Shown: positions 59,118-64,000 of the stretch, in pieces
How positions within the stretch are numbered: position 1 is the stretch's first letter
Layout: each line of letters starts with the position of its first letter
From: Tubulanus polymorphus
Taxonomy: Eukaryota; Animalia; Nemertea
Assembly (NCBI RefSeq): GCF_964204645.1
Contig: NC_134036.1
Coordinates: 8,969,859-9,033,858 of the forward strand
Direction: 5' to 3'
Length of the DNA stretch: 64,000 nucleotides
The notes under the pieces: model-generated
The model's database searches: none
What the model was told of the DNA's origin: nothing
Seen by the model: the letters and a program-made list of their open reading frames with translations, nothing else
Position numbers and translations under genes: made by a program

Positions 59118-59726
59118 ATGAATAAGGAATTATTCATATTTGAACCTCATAATATGTTAATTTCTGGTGTAACAAATTGTGGAAAAACTTATTTTATATT
59201 ACATTTATTAGAAACTGTTTATGAAAACTATTTTGATAATATAGTATTATTTTGTCCAACATATGAATTTAATCAAACTTATGATAGAAATATTACTAGA
59301 AATAATAAATTTATTATATTAGATCCTAAAACAGTAAAAGAAAATTTAGATAATTGTATAAAAATAGCAATTGATATTTATAAAGGATCAAATACATTAT
59401 TTATCATAGATGATTGTGCAAATTTACATGATTCTAAAATTAGAGAAAGCGAGTTATGTTATTTAGCTTTCTCTGCAAGACATTTTGGGATAACAACTTG
59501 GGTTTTAAATCAAAAATATAATTCAATTGTTAAAGACTTTAGAGAAAACATTAGATTTCTAGTTTTATTCTACAATAAAGATAGAAAATCGATGAAAAAT
59601 GCACTTGAGGAAAATGATATTATTTCACATGATTTACATAATGATTATATGGATAAGTTGAAAAATATTAAAAGATCAAAATTACTATTTAGATTACAAC
59701 ACCCATTTAAATATGAATTTATTTAA
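59118..59726 (+). CDS. Packaging ATPase (copy C)
   Basis: 202 aa; Walker A and B intact; SARH instead of SGRH. Confidence 0.9.
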   Translation: MNKELFIFEPHNMLISGVTNCGKTYFILHLLETVYENYFDNIVLFCPTYEFNQTYDRNITRNNKFIILDPKTVKENLDNCIKIAIDIYKGSNTLFIIDDCANLHDSKIRESELCYLAFSARHFGITTWVLNQKYNSIVKDFRENIRFLVLFYNKDRKSMKNALEENDIISHDLHNDYMDKLKNIKRSKLLFRLQHPFKYEFI

Positions 59727-59991
59727 ATTCAACTAGCTTGTTAATCTAATTGAATTCTAGTTGAATTCTAGTTATTGGTAGTTGTAACAAAAATCAACTA
59801 GATTTAACAATATTTTAACTAGCTTGTCAATCTAGTCTAATTCTAGTTACATTCTAATTGAATTCTAGTTGTTAGTAGTTGAAACAAAAATCAACTAGAT
59901 TTAACAAGAAATAAACAAAAACAACAATATTTCAACTAGCTTGTTAATCTAGTTGAATTCTAGTTACATTCTAGTTAAATTCTAGTTGCAA
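59727..59991. repeat. AACTAG/CTAGTT-rich intergenic repeat island (copy C)
   Basis: Reverse-complement homologue of 36927-37197 with a different unit arrangement. Confidence 0.85.
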
Positions 59992-60021
59992 CATCACACA
60001 ACTAATTTTTTTGTTATATAA

Positions 60022-60627
60022 ATGGTAGGTGAAAAGAAAATAAAATCTAAAAATGGTGATGTTCCAATTGAAAAAACTTTAGATGATTTAGGAATAACAG
60101 AAACAAAATTAACTCCAGATGATGGTGCTTTAAATAATGTTACAACAAATAATAATTATGAATATTATCTTTATTGTAAACATCAATTAGAAATATTAAT
60201 AGCATCTGGAAAATGTAAAAATTTTGTCGGTAAAAATCTAACTTATAATGAACTAGATACAATGAAATCAGATGAAATTATTAGATTATTTAAAATTTAT
60301 GAAGCCGCGAGAACAGCTAGAATTAATGACGCGATATCAGAAAATGTAGTAAAAGGTTATAGTAAATTATGTAATTATATACTACCAATTGAAAATGAAA
60401 ATAGATTATATTCCGATTTAAAAAATGATTATTTAGTTATGACTGAATTAAATAAATGGATTGGATATTTATCATTTCAATTAGGTGGATTTATGACATT
60501 ATTATCAACTGGAGTTATAACATTTTCAAATATTGAAAGTAAAAATATTTCTATAATAAATGAGCGAGGTGAAAGAAGTGAAGGAATTAACTGTGAAGAA
60601 AAAACCGAGAACTCAGAAACAAATTGA
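60022..60627 (+). CDS. Conserved viral hypothetical protein with a hydrophobic C-terminal segment (201 aa)
   Basis: Intact ORF with TAAATG start; the copy B homologue is split by BEL. Confidence 0.8.
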   Translation: MVGEKKIKSKNGDVPIEKTLDDLGITETKLTPDDGALNNVTTNNNYEYYLYCKHQLEILIASGKCKNFVGKNLTYNELDTMKSDEIIRLFKIYEAARTARINDAISENVVKGYSKLCNYILPIENENRLYSDLKNDYLVMTELNKWIGYLSFQLGGFMTLLSTGVITFSNIESKNISIINERGERSEGINCEEKTENSETN

Positions 60628-60883
60628 ATGGTCTCGGCAATTAGGAATTAAATCACAAGAATATAAAAAAGCTGTAAAAGAAAAAATAAGTAATAAAAAT
60701 GTTAATAAAAATGGTGAAAATATTGTTATTTCTACTCCTTCTGATAGTAGAATATTTGATAAATATTTATATTTTACGGTTGGATTTGTAATTGTATTCA
60801 TTTTGATTGGGTGTAGTTGGTATAAGAAATCAAATAAAATTCATGATATTAGTAATTCTGAACCAACTGCTATCAAAAAATGA
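60560..60883 (+). CDS. Small basic viral protein with one TM helix (107 aa)
   Basis: KKPRTQKQIEWSRQLG motif and YLYFTVGFVIVFILIG helix; homologue near 30250-30530. Confidence 0.72.
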   Translation: MSEVKEVKELTVKKKPRTQKQIEWSRQLGIKSQEYKKAVKEKISNKNVNKNGENIVISTPSDSRIFDKYLYFTVGFVIVFILIGCSWYKKSNKIHDISNSEPTAIKK

Positions 60884-61055
60884 AAGTACTTCTGAAATTC
60901 CAAAATTAATAATAAAAAAAATGGATTAATTGAATATCTCACTACTTTTGTCTATCACTGTGTGGGTGCTGTTTATGGCACCATCTATGTGGAGCAATTA
61001 AATTGTCCAGATAAGTCATTTCGGATTCTAGATATTCATTATTTTTATTTCTTAT

Positions 61056-61382
61056 TTAATCAACAATTTCTAAATCATGATGACCGTCTTCATTTTTTCC
61101 ATGATATATTATTTTAAATCCTACTAAATCTTTAAATTCCTCTGTACTCAATGAAACCCATTTATCAGGTAAAAACACTTTAAATTCTCGCGATGTACTA
61201 ACATAACAGTAGCTTAAATTAGCTGATACTTTCTCTCCATATTTAGTTTTTATCTTTTCTAATTTTAATATTTTATGTTCAATTTCTTTTGTAACATCAA
61301 CTAACTTTTTTATTTCAAATTGTTTTTTTGTTGGTTTTATTCTGTTATTTATTGTTGCTAAGAATGCTTTTCTATCTCCCAT
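61056..61382 (-). CDS. Small viral protein, paralogue of the 117-aa protein
   Basis: Shared KKL..., KYG, F..(F/Y)LPD..., Y.GKNE.GHH pattern. Confidence 0.75.
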   Translation of the reverse strand: MGDRKAFLATINNRIKPTKKQFEIKKLVDVTKEIEHKILKLEKIKTKYGEKVSANLSYCYVSTSREFKVFLPDKWVSLSTEEFKDLVGFKIIYHGKNEDGHHDLEIVD

Positions 61383-61492
61383 TTATTAGGAAAAAAAATT
61401 ACTTGTGGTGATGAGTAGGAAAAAAAAATTACTTGTGGTGATGAGTGGTGTCTCGTCCTCTCGTCCTCTGGCCTGAAAGCCCACTTTTCCAA

Positions 61493-62050
61493 TTACTTAC
61501 ATGTTGTATCTTTAGTTGCTTCAAATGTTTTTGTAGGATCAATTAAATTGCAATAAATATAAAAGTGTGTAAAAGGTATTATATTTGAAATGCCTTCTAC
61601 GTTTACTGTAACAACATCTGGTGCAATTCCTAGCAATTTAGCTAATGGTTTTTTTACTATAAATGCATGTTGACTTTCATCAAATACCTTTATTTTAATT
61701 TTATTTGTGCTATCACTTTTTATAAATCTAATTAAAAATTTATCATCTTTTCTAATTTTCAACCGTGCTCTACGATTAATTTCTTGAGATAATGTTTCTA
61801 AATTATATAATCCTGTTCTTAAAATTAGATCAAACCATTTATTTACATTTCTAATATGAATTAAAAAAGTATTATGTTCAATAGTTTTATTCGATATATT
61901 GTAAAAAGAATTACATAAACTTATATTAACTAATTTCAAATCTACGCAATTTTTATAATCTCTATCTGATTGAACTAATAAATTATGTGATTTATGATTT
62001 GTAAGTTTTCTTTAATCAACAAATATTCTGTATTCTTTTAATTCCGCCAT
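61493..62050 (-). pseudogene. Minor capsid protein (copy C), 3'-truncated with an early stop
   Basis: TAAATG at 62050, CNSFYNI, GLYNLETL, FYIYCNLI; breaks off after ATKDTTC. Confidence 0.75.
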
Positions 62051-62067
62051 TTATTTTACATATTTTC

Positions 62068-62421
62068 TTATTCGAAATCCATTTCATGGTGCCCTTTTTC
62101 ATTCTTACCTTTGTATACGAAATAGAAATCTCCAGAACATAATTCTTCTAGATCTTCACTTGATAATCTATGAAATCTATCTGGTAAATATGTTCCGAAT
62201 TTATATGTATTTCCTTTTAATCCTTCATATTCTAAGTGTATAACTAATTTATCTCCATATTTGTTAGTAACTGTATCAATATTTGTAATTAGATATTTCT
62301 TATGGATTATTAATTCTTTTAACTTCTTAAATTTATAATCTACTGATTTGACATTTGAAGTATCTTTTCTTCTATCTAGAAATAATTTGTTGTTCTCACT
62401 GTTTGCTTGTTTACTCTCCAT
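62068..62421 (-). CDS. Small viral protein immediately downstream of PolB (117 aa)
   Basis: Intact ORF with TAAATG start; second copy at 9402..9754. Confidence 0.78.
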   Translation of the reverse strand: MESKQANSENNKLFLDRRKDTSNVKSVDYKFKKLKELIIHKKYLITNIDTVTNKYGDKLVIHLEYEGLKGNTYKFGTYLPDRFHRLSSEDLEELCSGDFYFVYKGKNEKGHHEMDFE

Positions 62422-62450
62422 TTATAATACATATTTTTATTAAAATTTGA

Positions 62451-63054
62451 TTAACACGTTAGAATTCTTTCCATTATCTCGTTCTCTTTTGTTTCTTCTC
62501 TTTTAAATTTTAAGTATTCATCTAAATTGCAACCATAAGCAACTGTATGAATTCCATCATCTAAAATGTATCTTTTATCATCAAATGGATTCAAACTTAT
62601 CTTCTCTATCTCTTCAATAAACATTTCATGATCTCATCTTATGTTTTCTAACTTCTTCATTGAATATACAATTGATGTAATCTTTGAAATGAATATTCTT
62701 TTCTACTACACTTTTGGTTATTCCTTTTAACTTTTTAGCTTCATGTTCTTTAGTTTTATATGAATACATTTTAGATCTAATACCGATGAATTCAATCATT
62801 TCTTCACCACCTAATTCATCCTTAAACTTCCCTGGAACTTTTTTGTTATCATTGCTAAACAATTCATGATTTTTAGGATAATTACTGAAATCAAAATGAT
62901 GTTTTAATGTTTTTAAATCATCAGTTATGTTATTAGTTTTTATCTTTAATATGTAACTGTCAGTATCAACATATAAGATTTCTATATGTTTTTCTCCAAA
63001 AAGTGGTTGTAATACATTATAATAGAATTCATACATGAGTAATTTTGATAATTC
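62451..63054 (-). pseudogene. polB: Protein-primed DNA polymerase B, C-terminal palm/thumb fragment
   Basis: ELSKLLMYEFYY, LYVDTDS, PGKFKDE, IRSKMYS, KKLKGI, then PFDDKRY..TVAYG after a frameshift/deletion. Confidence 0.92.
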
Positions 63055-63654
63055 GCCCAGCGATCCGTGAGTTCCGATTCGTGTCATTCACCGGCATGAA
63101 CAGTGGGGCGGCATTATTTCGATTGAGGGTCGGCCCAGTGACCGATTTGACTGCAAATTTTGTTCAATTCAAGAAGAAATGAAAGACCGTATGATCGAAA
63201 AACTTTGCGCCTAATTCGTAATCGTAGAAGTCCTGCAGACTGTTGATGTAATATTGTTGATGTAACGTATTTTATGTGATAATGTATTTTTCTTTTTATA
63301 TGTAGTTTGGTCGCCTGTTCTGAATGGGGACATTCTGGACTGGTGGGGGCTGTGTAGCGGAAATTCCTGTTAACTAGTTTAAAATGTTGTCGTTATAATG
63401 TATAGTTTCTTTTTTTTCCGCTGCGGAGCCCTCCTCATTTTTTTTTAATTGTAACGTTTTTGGGCGATGATTAGCTCGCCCCTTTCATTTTACATTCTGT
63501 GCACCTCATTTTCTCTGCATATAGTAATATAATTTATTTCAGCTTTTAATAATCAAAACTTTAGGTTGATCTCTTTTCGCTCTCACCTTATTTTACTAAG
63601 TTAGATCCCGATTTACTATTTGTACAGTCGTCTAAACTTTTAATCTCGGAACTT

Positions 63655-63735
63655 TTGCGCGGCGGCCATTTTTTGTGCTGTGTGACGTCATCCTCCATGC
63701 AAGGTGACGTCACACTGCGCGGAATCTATAAAAAT
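63655..63735 (+). promoter_or_regulatory. Candidate Pol II promoter (YY1-like site, two CRE palindromes, TATA)
   Basis: ggcggccatttt at 63661; TGACGTCA at 63683 and 63705; tataaaa at 63727. Confidence 0.35.
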
Positions 63736-64000
63736 GGGTCAGCGCGCGCAAATGATATATGGGACTAGCTCAGATATGTGATACGTGTTGTCCGTGAAAT
63801 GATTGTCCGTAAAATAAAGAAATGACCACTCGCGAATTTAGATATATGTGTTGAACGTTTATTATAACCGACTGGTCAGGATGAGTGTAGAGGTACGAAT
63901 GGCGACGATCGAGGGAGGGACCCTACTAAATTCTAAAATGATGGGAGTAGAGAATCTCACCGGCGGGATCGGATTTCCTTACCCGATATGGTAAACTGAC

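Larger units (their letters stand above)
56461..63054. mobile_element. Endogenous AT-rich Polinton-like virus, copy C
   Basis: Plus strand: MCP, integrase, ATPase, 201aa, 107aa. Minus strand: PolB tail, 117aa, penton, 108aa. Confidence 0.9.

Noticed and set aside
8085-63054. Polinton terminal inverted repeats with 6-bp TSD
   Set aside because: Each visible boundary (~8085, ~19310, ~63054) cuts within or next to genes; no matching termini found.

Overview
Eukaryotic (probably invertebrate animal) repeat-dense DNA, not prokaryotic. It is dominated by rearranged endogenous copies of a very AT-rich Polinton/Maverick (adintovirus-like) DNA virus: copy A ~8.1-19.3 kb, an old decayed relic ~29.6-30.2 kb, copy B ~30.2-56.5 kb (minus strand) and copy C ~56.5-63.1 kb. 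Together they carry protein-primed PolB, minor and major capsid proteins, a chromodomain integrase, a packaging ATPase and a block of membrane proteins. Copy B is interrupted by a full-length but decayed BEL/Pao LTR retrotransposon (5-bp TSD) and a 10.5-kb TIR element (4-bp TSD) that contains a Penelope relic and a MITE. A second, less AT-rich Maverick lineage survives at 19.3-22.7 kb as a duplicated capsid-tail/adenain/RING module next to a YY1/E-box array. Also present: a Gypsy pol fragment, a 4.5-kb Mutator-like element with 9-bp TSD, MITEs, a satellite and two candidate spliced exons. Main signal: all 15 gene families of the AT-rich virus whose start is visible begin at TAAATG in at least one copy, many behind a T-run and a 5-8 nt spacer. 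This is poxvirus late-promoter architecture and suggests a virophage-like element that depends on a cytoplasmic pox-like helper virus (inference). All family assignments are from motif recognition by eye; no searches were run.
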